Part shown: one piece after another, positions 55,222-64,000 of the stretch | How the letters are laid out: each line of letters starts with the position of its first letter | How positions within the stretch are numbered: the stretch's first letter is position 1 | Source: a virus | DNA: 64,000 bases | IMG/VR virus record: IMGVR_UViG_3300028197_000962 | Location: 1 to 64,000 of that record | Reading direction: 5' to 3' (one strand) | Translations under genes and position numbers: made by a program | Notes under the pieces: generated by a model | Databases searched by the model: none | What the model was told of the DNA's origin: nothing | The model's input: only the letters and a program-made list of their open reading frames with translations

Positions 55222-56586
55222 TTAGACTTCTCCGAATGGATTCCTTTGAGTAAAGTCTAAAATACCATCAGCTTCTGTCTGAATATTGTCATTATCTGCA
55301 TATGCATCGATAAGATCATCTGTATTAACTATTGATAACGTTCTTATAGCACCAGAATCTTGACCTGTAATTGTTTCACCGGAAGTAAATGTTCCATTGG
55401 CAATGGATACTCTAAGTTCTCCGGTAGAAGAGATCCACTTCTTAACTCTTGCCTTAGTTCCAGTTGTTCCACCAGTAACGATTTCGTTATAAATGTAGTC
55501 TCCACTACCAACTAGTGAAGGATTACCGATTGTAAGTATCGGAGAAACAGTGTATCCATAACCAGCATTTGAAATACGAATAGCAGTTACAGTTCCATCA
55601 GAATTTATTACTGCTTTACCAATAGCAGTTACACCAGTTCCGGGAGAACTAAACGTGACAGTTGGAGTAGTTGAATATCCATTTCCACCATTAGTTAGAG
55701 TTACTATACCAACACCACCAGTTGTAGCAATACCAACCGTTGTAGCAGCACCAGCACCACCACCACCAACAAGAACCACAGATGGTGGAACTGTATATCC
55801 AGCACCTGGATTAGTTAGTAAGATTTCTTTTACAGATGATGCTGTACTAAATCCAGTTGCTGACGTTGTAATAGCAACAGCAGTTGCTTGAATACCTGGT
55901 GAAGATGATATAGCAACTTGTGGAGTAGAAGTATAACCCTGCCCCTGATTTGTTAAATTGATGAATCCTATACCACCATTTACAAAAGTCGCTGTGGCGG
56001 TTGCAGTCTGTCCAACTCCAAGAAGAGTAAGTGTCTCTGCATATCCAGCATCTGCCATGCTGTCATCAATATCTTCAATTCCAGTATCAATTACTTCATC
56101 TTCATAACGGAAGACTTCACATCTCAGTTCATATGTATAGAGATCTTGTAACTGATAGAAAGGGTCAGCATATTCTACAAACTTAATCTCATACAATCTA
56201 TCATCAAGAGGAAAATAGATTAAGTCTCCGCCCTTTGGTCTGGATGCTAATTTAATATCTTTTTCGTTTTGAATTAGTGGTTGAATATATGTTTCCCATC
56301 TCTCCCTTGAAATAATTAATGTGACATCATCTTGTTGTTGCACACCAAATTTTGACATGAGGATACCAGCACCCTCATATGAATCCGATTTTACATATGC
56401 TTCAATTGGGTAAGCATCATCAAATTTAGACTGAATTACTTCTTTAATTACAGTATTTGATGTTAGATATTTTCTGGGAATATAATGAACATCAACTCCA
56501 TATGTACGAAGTTGCTCATTGATCAGATCTTGTACAAGACTCTGCTCACCACGTGTTCCCTGAGTAAAATATGGATTAAGTGCCAT
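55222..56586 (-). CDS. gp14: Neck protein (gp14) with inserted G/T-rich repeats
   Basis: MALNPYF, RPKGGDLIY, DFTQRNPFGE. Confidence 0.92.
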   Translation of the reverse strand: MALNPYFTQGTRGEQSLVQDLINEQLRTYGVDVHYIPRKYLTSNTVIKEVIQSKFDDAYPIEAYVKSDSYEGAGILMSKFGVQQQDDVTLIISRERWETYIQPLIQNEKDIKLASRPKGGDLIYFPLDDRLYEIKFVEYADPFYQLQDLYTYELRCEVFRYEDEVIDTGIEDIDDSMADAGYAETLTLLGVGQTATATATFVNGGIGFINLTNQGQGYTSTPQVAISSSPGIQATAVAITTSATGFSTASSVKEILLTNPGAGYTVPPSVVLVGGGGAGAATTVGIATTGGVGIVTLTNGGNGYSTTPTVTFSSPGTGVTAIGKAVINSDGTVTAIRISNAGYGYTVSPILTIGNPSLVGSGDYIYNEIVTGGTTGTKARVKKWISSTGELRVSIANGTFTSGETITGQDSGAIRTLSIVNTDDLIDAYADNDNIQTEADGILDFTQRNPFGEV

Positions 56587-57425
56587 TATCCGATGAGATC
56601 AAGAGGTGGAATTTCGTATGTAGACATCATTTGATCGTTAATATCCTTCAACTCTTGTAATGCATCGTCATAGATTTGTCTACCATTGAGTTCAATTCCA
56701 CCAGGAAGTTTGACTCCTTGAAACTTAATCAAATTCATACCCCACTGTTTTTTCATGATAGCAGTTAAGTATTTTTTGATAAACCTATCATTATAAACTT
56801 TGCTAGTATCATTTGGATCAAGAGCTCTCCAACAATCAATAATGATGTAATCACCCTCTGTAAAATCATTCCAATCACAATCTAGATATAACTTTCCTTC
56901 TCTAATATTGTATCGAATTTGTTTTAGTGGATTTAATAAGAAATCGATAGTTTCCAATTTACTCTTTACCATAGAGTAAGTTAATAATTCTAATGAACTA
57001 TAATTGTAAAGATCGTTCAACATCAATTGATATTTGATATTGAACATTCCAGATCCCATTGTTTGAGAACCATGGACCCTATAAATTTTATTGACTCCAA
57101 TGATAGAGTCGGGTAATGGAATATAGTTACTATTCTCTAAGTATTTAAATGTACTGGCAGCACCAACTGTTTCTGATACAGTAGATGTTGTAATACCAGA
57201 AAATCCACCGGCCGGTGCCTTACCCCTAGCAATATCATCAGCTCGCATCTGATATTTCAGAGGCGTTTGTACGACACCATCATAGTGTCTCTCTTGAAAA
57301 TATTGAATAGCATCGTCAACCAGATCATCGATCTGTTCATCAGCAATATTAATTTCTAATACAGGAGCACCAAGTTGCCTGAGGCAATAATCGATTAGAC
57401 CTTGGCGATTAGACGGTTTAGACAT
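56586..57425 (-). CDS. gp13: Neck protein (gp13)
   Basis: YCLRQLGAPVLEIN, QWGMNLIKF.GVKLPGG. Confidence 0.94.
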   Translation of the reverse strand: MSKPSNRQGLIDYCLRQLGAPVLEINIADEQIDDLVDDAIQYFQERHYDGVVQTPLKYQMRADDIARGKAPAGGFSGITTSTVSETVGAASTFKYLENSNYIPLPDSIIGVNKIYRVHGSQTMGSGMFNIKYQLMLNDLYNYSSLELLTYSMVKSKLETIDFLLNPLKQIRYNIREGKLYLDCDWNDFTEGDYIIIDCWRALDPNDTSKVYNDRFIKKYLTAIMKKQWGMNLIKFQGVKLPGGIELNGRQIYDDALQELKDINDQMMSTYEIPPLDLIG

Positions 57426-57447
57426 ATTAGGAATCCTCCTATGTTAT

Positions 57448-57828
57448 TTAGACAGAGGATGTAACTCCCGCTCGAACCATCACGTCTCCTTCTACAATTC
57501 TATACACAGTGGTTCCACTACTTACTAAAACATCATATTTATATCTACCATCTCTAAGACCCTTTGTTGCAGTTGCTCCCATACCAAGATTGATTACTCC
57601 TGTCAGAGTATTGATTCCAACAGCAAAAGTTCTTAACGCATGTAAAGAGGATCCAATACTAACTGATTTAATAAGACTAGCTGCACCACTGTAACCATCC
57701 AGGTTAAAAGCAGTTCCTCCAATAGTTGTTACAGAGTAAGCTGCTGCAAAACTAGCACCAGTGGAGATTGTTTGATTAACTGCTTGTGCGACCCCTGAGG
57801 ATGGGTCAAAAGTAAAACTAGCGTCCAT
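57448..57828 (-). CDS. Putative virion protein
   Basis: GRYKYDVLV...RIVEG.V.V motif; CTAAATA at its end feeds gp13. Confidence 0.7.
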   Translation of the reverse strand: MDASFTFDPSSGVAQAVNQTISTGASFAAAYSVTTIGGTAFNLDGYSGAASLIKSVSIGSSLHALRTFAVGINTLTGVINLGMGATATKGLRDGRYKYDVLVSSGTTVYRIVEGDVMVRAGVTSSV

Positions 57829-58040
57829 TATTTTTCTGCAAGTTTAAGTAAAAGTTCTTTGATCGATGATATATCTTCTTTCAATGAATTGATATCATTT
57901 TTCATGGTATCAAATTCTTCACTTTCTTTTGAGTTTTTATTTCTAAGATGGAGATAATTTTGATAGGCGTTGTGATTAGTATTAACCACAGCGCCTGTAT
58001 TATCATTCCTTCGAAGATTTGGGTGTCCTTCGACTTTCAT
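57828..58040 (-). CDS. Conserved hypothetical protein
   Basis: KVEGHPNLRR..TGAVVN; C-terminal coiled coil. Confidence 0.75.
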   Translation of the reverse strand: MKVEGHPNLRRNDNTGAVVNTNHNAYQNYLHLRNKNSKESEEFDTMKNDINSLKEDISSIKELLLKLAEK

Positions 58041-58041
58041 A

Positions 58042-61000
58042 TTATTTTACTGCAATAGCGCGAAGGTTTTTAACAATAGGTGGTTTTGCTTGATTTGTAC
58101 CTGACAGTACAATCTTCAATTGGAATCCAACAAAATCAGGAAGGTCATCAACAGAGAATTCATAATCTTTAAATTGATTTCTTCTTGCACTTGGAGGAAC
58201 AAACACATTTGATCTGCCATTGTTGTTAGCAACATCAATAACGTTACCTAAATCATCGATGTTTTCATATCCTGGGAATAAGTTATATGGAGTAGAATCA
58301 ATATCTGAATCATCAGTAAAGATCTTGTAAAGAACTCTGATTTCAGCACTTTGATCCCTATAACATTCAAGAAGAACTCTGATTGAATTGGCAGGATTTG
58401 CCAATTCAACTTTCTTAGTAATGTAGATAGCAGCGTTTGGATCTTCACCAGTTACACTAACTCTCTTATCAGCAGCAAAATCAGTAACTGCATTATTTAA
58501 TCTATTAGAAGTAAGAACCATATTGACTCTATCTAGGTCAACCACTGGTGATATGAAGGAATTTGTAGAAGAGAATTCCATATCAAGAGTCAGTGACTTA
58601 TTACCAGGGAGATCTGATAGTAAGGTGCCCTCGTTTGTAGCAGAGGCTAGAATTCTTGGAGTCTCTAAGTTATTTGGAGATCCAATAGTAATTGATTCAT
58701 ATCCCTCATCAAGGAATGAAATTTCATTGCCATCAATACTAGTGCCTGAAACTGTTCTAATGCTTGCATTTAAAGAAGTTCCTGGCAGAATCATTGTCTG
58801 AACATTCGGTGTGATAGTTTCAAACTGAATGTTGTTGCCACCACTTACTGTATCGCCACCAACTTTCTTAGTGGAATTAAATCCAAGTTTAGGGAATGAA
58901 GTATTAGCAGATCTATTAATGCCATCTGCCGACATATCAATCTTAATTGCATAGGAATCAAGAGTTCTTGGTCTAGTAGTGGAAGCATCACTAAGCACAT
59001 GATCACGGTTGATTCTTCTTAGAGAAACACCATTGAGTTCATACTTGGCAATTAAATCACTAGTGTTGTGTGCAAAGGTTCCTTTCGCATCGATATTTCT
59101 AGTGATGCCAGTAAGAGTGCTTCCATTCACTCCAGTGTAAGCAATCAATTCATTTCCAATAATCGCATATCCAGGATTGGTTGTTCCAACTCCGACGTTT
59201 TCAAATGTATCAAATTTAGAAGTATCTGCAAGTCCGATGTTTCCGGATGAAGTAGCACTAATATCCGCAATCAAACTAGTAGGACGCATATCAGGTTTAA
59301 CATTGTTAATAGAAACAGTGTTAGTTCCAGAATTCATTGCATGATTTCTATGTCTTACATTGAGATGGATTCCATCAAAATTAGCATTGCTTGTTGTAGC
59401 ATCGGCATTAACTCCTGTTAATACTCCAACAGCACCAGTTTCTTGAACAACATATGTCATTGTTCCGGCAACGCCAGTTATAAATTGTCCTTGAACATTA
59501 TCAAGAACAACAGAATTAATTGCAGAGATAATACCAACACTAAATCTTGCATTCCTTCCTAAGGTAGTGCTGCCAAGAGTTGTAATTCCAAGTTCATCGC
59601 CAACACCATATCCAGTACCACCATTTGTAACGAAGCAAGAAGTAATGCCACCAGAACTTACAGTAACTTTGCCAACCGCACCAGAACCAGATCCAGAAAG
59701 AGTGGTTAAGTTTGTCGTATAAGTTCCAAAACCAATGGACGGTGTATATCCAATACCAGAGTTAATAACATCAACAGAATTACCAATACCAATTGATCCA
59801 AGAGTGTTGATTACTACACCAGTTGCTGTTGGATTGTTAACTTGAGAAAGGTTAACGCCAGGAATAATTACAAGTTCCTGAGACGCAGCAAGTGTAGATC
59901 CTAGTCCAACAGTAGACTTTTTGGAGACAGTCTGAACTGGATTTGCACCAAGTTTAGTGATACCACCATTAGAAACACCCATATCTGGGTTATAGAAAGT
60001 GACATTACCACTAGTACCAGTGGTAAATTGTGCTCTAAACATCGTAAACTTAATATCTTCAAACTGACTTGGATCCCAAGTAGAACCGTTTTGTGACTTA
60101 AAGCATGATCCAAGTAAAGGTTGTTGGGAAATAACAGCTCTTGTAGCATCGCTTGATGTCAAAGAATTAGTAATATCTGTTTCACCCATTCTAGAAATCC
60201 AGGCACCATATTGAGGGGTATCTGATAGGAGAACAAATGCATACTCCTGACCACCTTTAAGGAATACCGGGGATGGGAAAATAAATCTAGTTGGAACTGA
60301 TGCATCATCACTAATGTTAACTTGTGATGGCAAAAGATCGAGTTCAGCAAATGGTAGAACAGTTGTAGTTGGAATACCATCTCTCATTGTTCTGATCTGA
60401 ATCGTCACTGGTAATGTAGTGTCCTTAGTTTGGAAGTAACATTCAATAGCAGTAACAAACATACCATCGGCAGAAGTAACAAAGAATGATTGTGCCAAAG
60501 GATCTCTTCCTCTCGCACATTTAGACGTGGAAGCTGTTGTTGTGCTACCAAGATTAGCAGTCGCAATTAAATTACCACTTCTATCAAAGTTGTAAGATCT
60601 TCCTCCGCCTCCTCCACCGGAACGACCTCCTCCACTACGTCGTGAACTAGGAGCCCGATTAAAACTACGACTGCCGCCTCTGTTGCTACGGCCAAGATTT
60701 CTACCGGTGTATGATCTGTTCGATGTTCCAGCATTTCTATCAGAAGTGTAAGTTGCTCTTCTGCCAGAATTGAGCCTTCCTGTTGAAATCAACACACCAT
60801 TCTGGTCGAAATGCCACGTTCTTCCACTTCTTCTGCTTCTAGATCTACTAGATCTTCCGCTTCTCCTTTGGGGTGCTGATCTTGCTTGGCGACGACTACT
60901 TCTTCCGCCGCCACCACAAGAACTAGGAGCACCTGGACGTGTCAAAAGAACAGCAGTATTATAGATTAAATTTTTCTCGTAATCACCAACAGCACGTGCA

Positions 61001-64000
61001 TATGCAGTGTACGAACCATAACCATTATTAACAGCAGTGGTGTATGCAACATAACGAGCATCACAGTTACCAGATGGTCTCCCCCCACTAGCTGGTTGAA
61101 CTTGCCTTACGTTTCTTAGAATAGTGTCCGCAGAATTTTCACTAATAACATTGCTGGTTGCACCAAGAATATTTTCAGCAGTGGTATTCTCTTGGAACAC
61201 TGTTTTGTGTAAAGCAGTTGCTCTTACAGAAATAACACTTTCTTCTGTAAACTCTAATAAACCATTTGCTTGGAAAGTTGCTTCCGCAGATGTTTGATTT
61301 AGTGAAGAAATAAATGATGTCTGAGGAATTGAAGTAAGTTTAACAATCTTAGTTCCAGTAATGAATTGAGGATTGCCTGGTTTAGATGGATCTGGGATGT
61401 AAATACAACCAATGACACCACCTACTTCATCAGTTACCAATCTAATATCAGAAACTGTTGCTTGTGCTCCACTTGTCAACCCTTTGAGAATCATTCTTCT
61501 ACGAGGATGTCCAAAGAAGTCTCCACTAGTTTGTGCTGCCAAAGAAGTAGTATCAATGTTCAATACTGATGATACAGATGAGTAGTCATCCGGTAGAGTT
61601 TCATCGTTATTGTATGGGTTTAATGTAAATGTAGAACTAGGATCATCATAAGCGCCAGATTTGTGATTTGCGGTTGCAAGTCTAAATTTAAAAGTTCCAG
61701 TTGCTTCATTTGGAAGTGGATTGATTTGAGTATTACTCTGTGCCATCGATCCAATTACAGTTTCACCAACAGTAAACGTACCAGCAGTCATGGAAATTTC
61801 CAATAACTTAGGTGCCATATAATCAACCATATTCTGATTATCCAGAATAGGATAGACCTGAGTTCTGGGTCTTAATCTAGTTCCTGTAAATTCAATATTA
61901 CGAGATCTCATGTAGAGAATGCTGGATCTATTCAGAACTCGGCTACCAACAGTTTGTTTTTTGATATGAGGTGATTTTCTGATTGCAACCCCATCTCTTG
62001 TCTTACTGAGAAGTTGAACATCAGTTGTTGTTCTTACAACCTTAGTTGTTGTTGTAGTAACATCATCTGTCGCATTAAGTTGTTTTGTTGAAGATGATGT
62101 TGATGTGACATCAACTGGTCTTGCTTCTCTACCAATAACTGTGTCTACCCAAGATCCCCACTCAATCTCAGCAAATCCTTTTGCCTCATCAATTCCAATT
62201 GTTTGTGTTGATGCCATAAAATCTGGACCATTGACATCAAATTCAGATGTTTTGATTACTTTTTGATCAACCCAAATATCAGAGGATGGGTAAAGATGTA
62301 ATGTTCCTGTCCAGTTAGTGACTAAAAATGGGTTTACAGACTCAACACGTGATGCAAAAATATTTTGCATGTAAACCAGATCTGCGTAGTTAAGAGTAAC
62401 TAAATCACCAGTCTTTCTAACATTTGGATCTGTAAGTTGATCGTTGAAACGTTGATCTAGTGTAGATGGTGCAGATACACCAATACCACTAATTGCAGCA
62501 GTTGCAAGTACCATGTCAATTGACGTGGTATAGTGGGATGGTCTCATTTCACCATTATAGGTATCAATAGAACAACTAAAATCCTCGTTGCTTTGATCTT
62601 GAATTTGATGAGTTTTAAAATTATCAACAAAGAAACCACTCTTAAATCTATCAAGACCCTTAGCATCTTGAATTGTGAGTGCCTCAGTTTCTTTCTCTAA
62701 TAAAGAGAGAGCTGTATAATATTCTAGACTAGTGATCCTAGTATCAAGATCACCAATATCTTTCATAGTATATCTCTTATGCTCTATCCTTTGAATAGAT
62801 GCACTATCAAGAGAGAATAAGTATGGAGGAAGATTAATTGTTGCAACTTCCAAACTACCATCTAATCCATTAGGTAGTTCTGGATTTTCAGAAGGAACGC
62901 CATTGACAATATTAAAATTACCAACAGAATCTAAGAATACTCTATCAATTCTACCAAGATAATATTCATAATTAAGAACCAAATTTTCATTTGATACTAA
63001 GATATTTGAGGTTGACTGTCCACTTTGAGTAAAGTTTCTAGTTGCAAAATCAAATGGAGATAATGTGGAGGTTGAATCGTAATCACCAACCCTTGGTCTG
63101 ATATCAATTATATCAGTATTTCTTATACCATTGAAAGATGGAATGTCATTTGAATATAGTTCATTTTCATAACTTTCTGACGTAAATACATCTCCACTAT
63201 CAGCCGCAGCAACAACAAAATTTTGGAAGATAATTCTTAGTTTTCTTCCTGCACTTTCTCTACCTTTTCTTCTCTTAATTCTTCCATAATCATAGAAAGA
63301 ATTTCTTTGACCATTATCAACAAGGTAATCCCCAGTGACATTTTTATCTGCTTGACCTAATGTTGTAACTGTTGCAGCAGTATTGGATGTTTGCCCAATA
63401 ACTCTTTCGTCAAAGGCAAATTCTTTCCCATTTAAGTAAACAAGTTCTACAATTGTTCCCGAAACTGCCGAGACGAATCTAGCAACTGCTTTGGTATCCT
63501 CACCAATAATTTTTTCTCCAACAATAAAATCAGATGTAGACTGATTAGGACCACTAATGGAGGTTAAAGTTGCAGTAGGAAGATTGGGATCATTTTGATC
63601 GTCAGATTCAAATACACCAAGAACTCTAAGAACATCTGGTTTGTTTAGAGAAATCTCTTTGTCTTGTACCCTGGTTCCATATACATTACTATACGTCAAT
63701 CCATCATTAAGAGTGGTTGAACCAATTCCAGAAGATGTATCACTAGATCGAGTAATTACAACAGAGGAGACGTTATTAAGGGATTTTTGTTTCTGAACAA
63801 CTTTGTTTTTATTAAGAGTTACAGCAACTCTAATATTTGTTTCTTCTTCTCTTGCCAGACCACTAATAGTAACTGTTTTTGAATTAATGGCTGGTACAAC
63901 CATATCATCTGTTAAAGGTTGGATCGTGCCATCTCTATAAGCAACATGATATCTCTCCTCATCAAACGGGAGATAGAATTCATTATCAGCAGCTGTTGGT
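58042..64000 (-). CDS. Giant virion structural protein (DUF4815/VrlC-like), 5' end outside the window
   Basis: RYTMKDIG...LEYYTALSLLE, RFKSGFFVDNF, DPLAQSF; frame stays open to base 64000. Confidence 0.88.
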   Translation of the reverse strand, partial: PTAADNEFYLPFDEERYHVAYRDGTIQPLTDDMVVPAINSKTVTISGLAREEETNIRVAVTLNKNKVVQKQKSLNNVSSVVITRSSDTSSGIGSTTLNDGLTYSNVYGTRVQDKEISLNKPDVLRVLGVFESDDQNDPNLPTATLTSISGPNQSTSDFIVGEKIIGEDTKAVARFVSAVSGTIVELVYLNGKEFAFDERVIGQTSNTAATVTTLGQADKNVTGDYLVDNGQRNSFYDYGRIKRRKGRESAGRKLRIIFQNFVVAAADSGDVFTSESYENELYSNDIPSFNGIRNTDIIDIRPRVGDYDSTSTLSPFDFATRNFTQSGQSTSNILVSNENLVLNYEYYLGRIDRVFLDSVGNFNIVNGVPSENPELPNGLDGSLEVATINLPPYLFSLDSASIQRIEHKRYTMKDIGDLDTRITSLEYYTALSLLEKETEALTIQDAKGLDRFKSGFFVDNFKTHQIQDQSNEDFSCSIDTYNGEMRPSHYTTSIDMVLATAAISGIGVSAPSTLDQRFNDQLTDPNVRKTGDLVTLNYADLVYMQNIFASRVESVNPFLVTNWTGTLHLYPSSDIWVDQKVIKTSEFDVNGPDFMASTQTIGIDEAKGFAEIEWGSWVDTVIGREARPVDVTSTSSSTKQLNATDDVTTTTTKVVRTTTDVQLLSKTRDGVAIRKSPHIKKQTVGSRVLNRSSILYMRSRNIEFTGTRLRPRTQVYPILDNQNMVDYMAPKLLEISMTAGTFTVGETVIGSMAQSNTQINPLPNEATGTFKFRLATANHKSGAYDDPSSTFTLNPYNNDETLPDDYSSVSSVLNIDTTSLAAQTSGDFFGHPRRRMILKGLTSGAQATVSDIRLVTDEVGGVIGCIYIPDPSKPGNPQFITGTKIVKLTSIPQTSFISSLNQTSAEATFQANGLLEFTEESVISVRATALHKTVFQENTTAENILGATSNVISENSADTILRNVRQVQPASGGRPSGNCDARYVAYTTAVNNGYGSYTAYARAVGDYEKNLIYNTAVLLTRPGAPSSCGGGGRSSRRQARSAPQRRSGRSSRSRSRRSGRTWHFDQNGVLISTGRLNSGRRATYTSDRNAGTSNRSYTGRNLGRSNRGGSRSFNRAPSSRRSGGGRSGGGGGGRSYNFDRSGNLIATANLGSTTTASTSKCARGRDPLAQSFFVTSADGMFVTAIECYFQTKDTTLPVTIQIRTMRDGIPTTTVLPFAELDLLPSQVNISDDASVPTRFIFPSPVFLKGGQEYAFVLLSDTPQYGAWISRMGETDITNSLTSSDATRAVISQQPLLGSCFKSQNGSTWDPSQFEDIKFTMFRAQFTTGTSGNVTFYNPDMGVSNGGITKLGANPVQTVSKKSTVGLGSTLAASQELVIIPGVNLSQVNNPTATGVVINTLGSIGIGNSVDVINSGIGYTPSIGFGTYTTNLTTLSGSGSGAVGKVTVSSGGITSCFVTNGGTGYGVGDELGITTLGSTTLGRNARFSVGIISAINSVVLDNVQGQFITGVAGTMTYVVQETGAVGVLTGVNADATTSNANFDGIHLNVRHRNHAMNSGTNTVSINNVKPDMRPTSLIADISATSSGNIGLADTSKFDTFENVGVGTTNPGYAIIGNELIAYTGVNGSTLTGITRNIDAKGTFAHNTSDLIAKYELNGVSLRRINRDHVLSDASTTRPRTLDSYAIKIDMSADGINRSANTSFPKLGFNSTKKVGGDTVSGGNNIQFETITPNVQTMILPGTSLNASIRTVSGTSIDGNEISFLDEGYESITIGSPNNLETPRILASATNEGTLLSDLPGNKSLTLDMEFSSTNSFISPVVDLDRVNMVLTSNRLNNAVTDFAADKRVSVTGEDPNAAIYITKKVELANPANSIRVLLECYRDQSAEIRVLYKIFTDDSDIDSTPYNLFPGYENIDDLGNVIDVANNNGRSNVFVPPSARRNQFKDYEFSVDDLPDFVGFQLKIVLSGTNQAKPPIVKNLRAIAVK

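Noticed and set aside
945-61569. Many plus-strand and nested alternative-frame ORFs (for example 28264-28800, 39436-40005, 17580-18047)
   Set aside because: They are antisense or frame shadows of well-recognised genes and show no motifs.
1-64000. CRISPR array, integrase or transposase
   Set aside because: No regularly spaced repeats or recombinase/transposase motifs seen by eye.

Overview
This window is a 64-kb piece of a T4-like marine cyanophage (Kyanoviridae-type myovirus, host probably Synechococcus or Prochlorococcus). Essentially all genes lie on the minus strand. In transcription order (right to left) it holds: a giant DUF4815/VrlC-like virion protein cut off at the window edge; neck, tail, terminase and head genes (gp13-gp23, gp3); recombination and replication genes (uvsY, uvsW, gp55, gp47/46, gp45/44/62, regA, gp43, uvsX, gp41, gp61, nrdA/B); and auxiliary genes (hsp20, mazG, speD, petE, petF, a CobS/CobT-like AAA+/vWA pair, a Dam-like methylase, a cytidylyltransferase-like enzyme). 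I saw no tRNA, CRISPR array, intron or intein. The most interesting signal is a set of late-promoter genes whose products look like prohead-protease-processed capsid cargo: two bead-on-a-string polyproteins of basic (in one case Cys-paired) modules separated by hydrophobic-X-E sites, and a nucleotidyltransferase with a T4-like capsid-targeting N-terminus. Other signals: a pseudoknot-plus-terminator RNA element upstream of an AT-rich nuclease-like gene; two late PD-(D/E)xK-like ORFs; a shared palindromic early-promoter motif; a consensus antisense promoter next to gp55; a His-rich secreted peptide; and an Arg/Ser-rich insert in the giant virion protein. All calls come from reading motifs by eye; no database searches were run.
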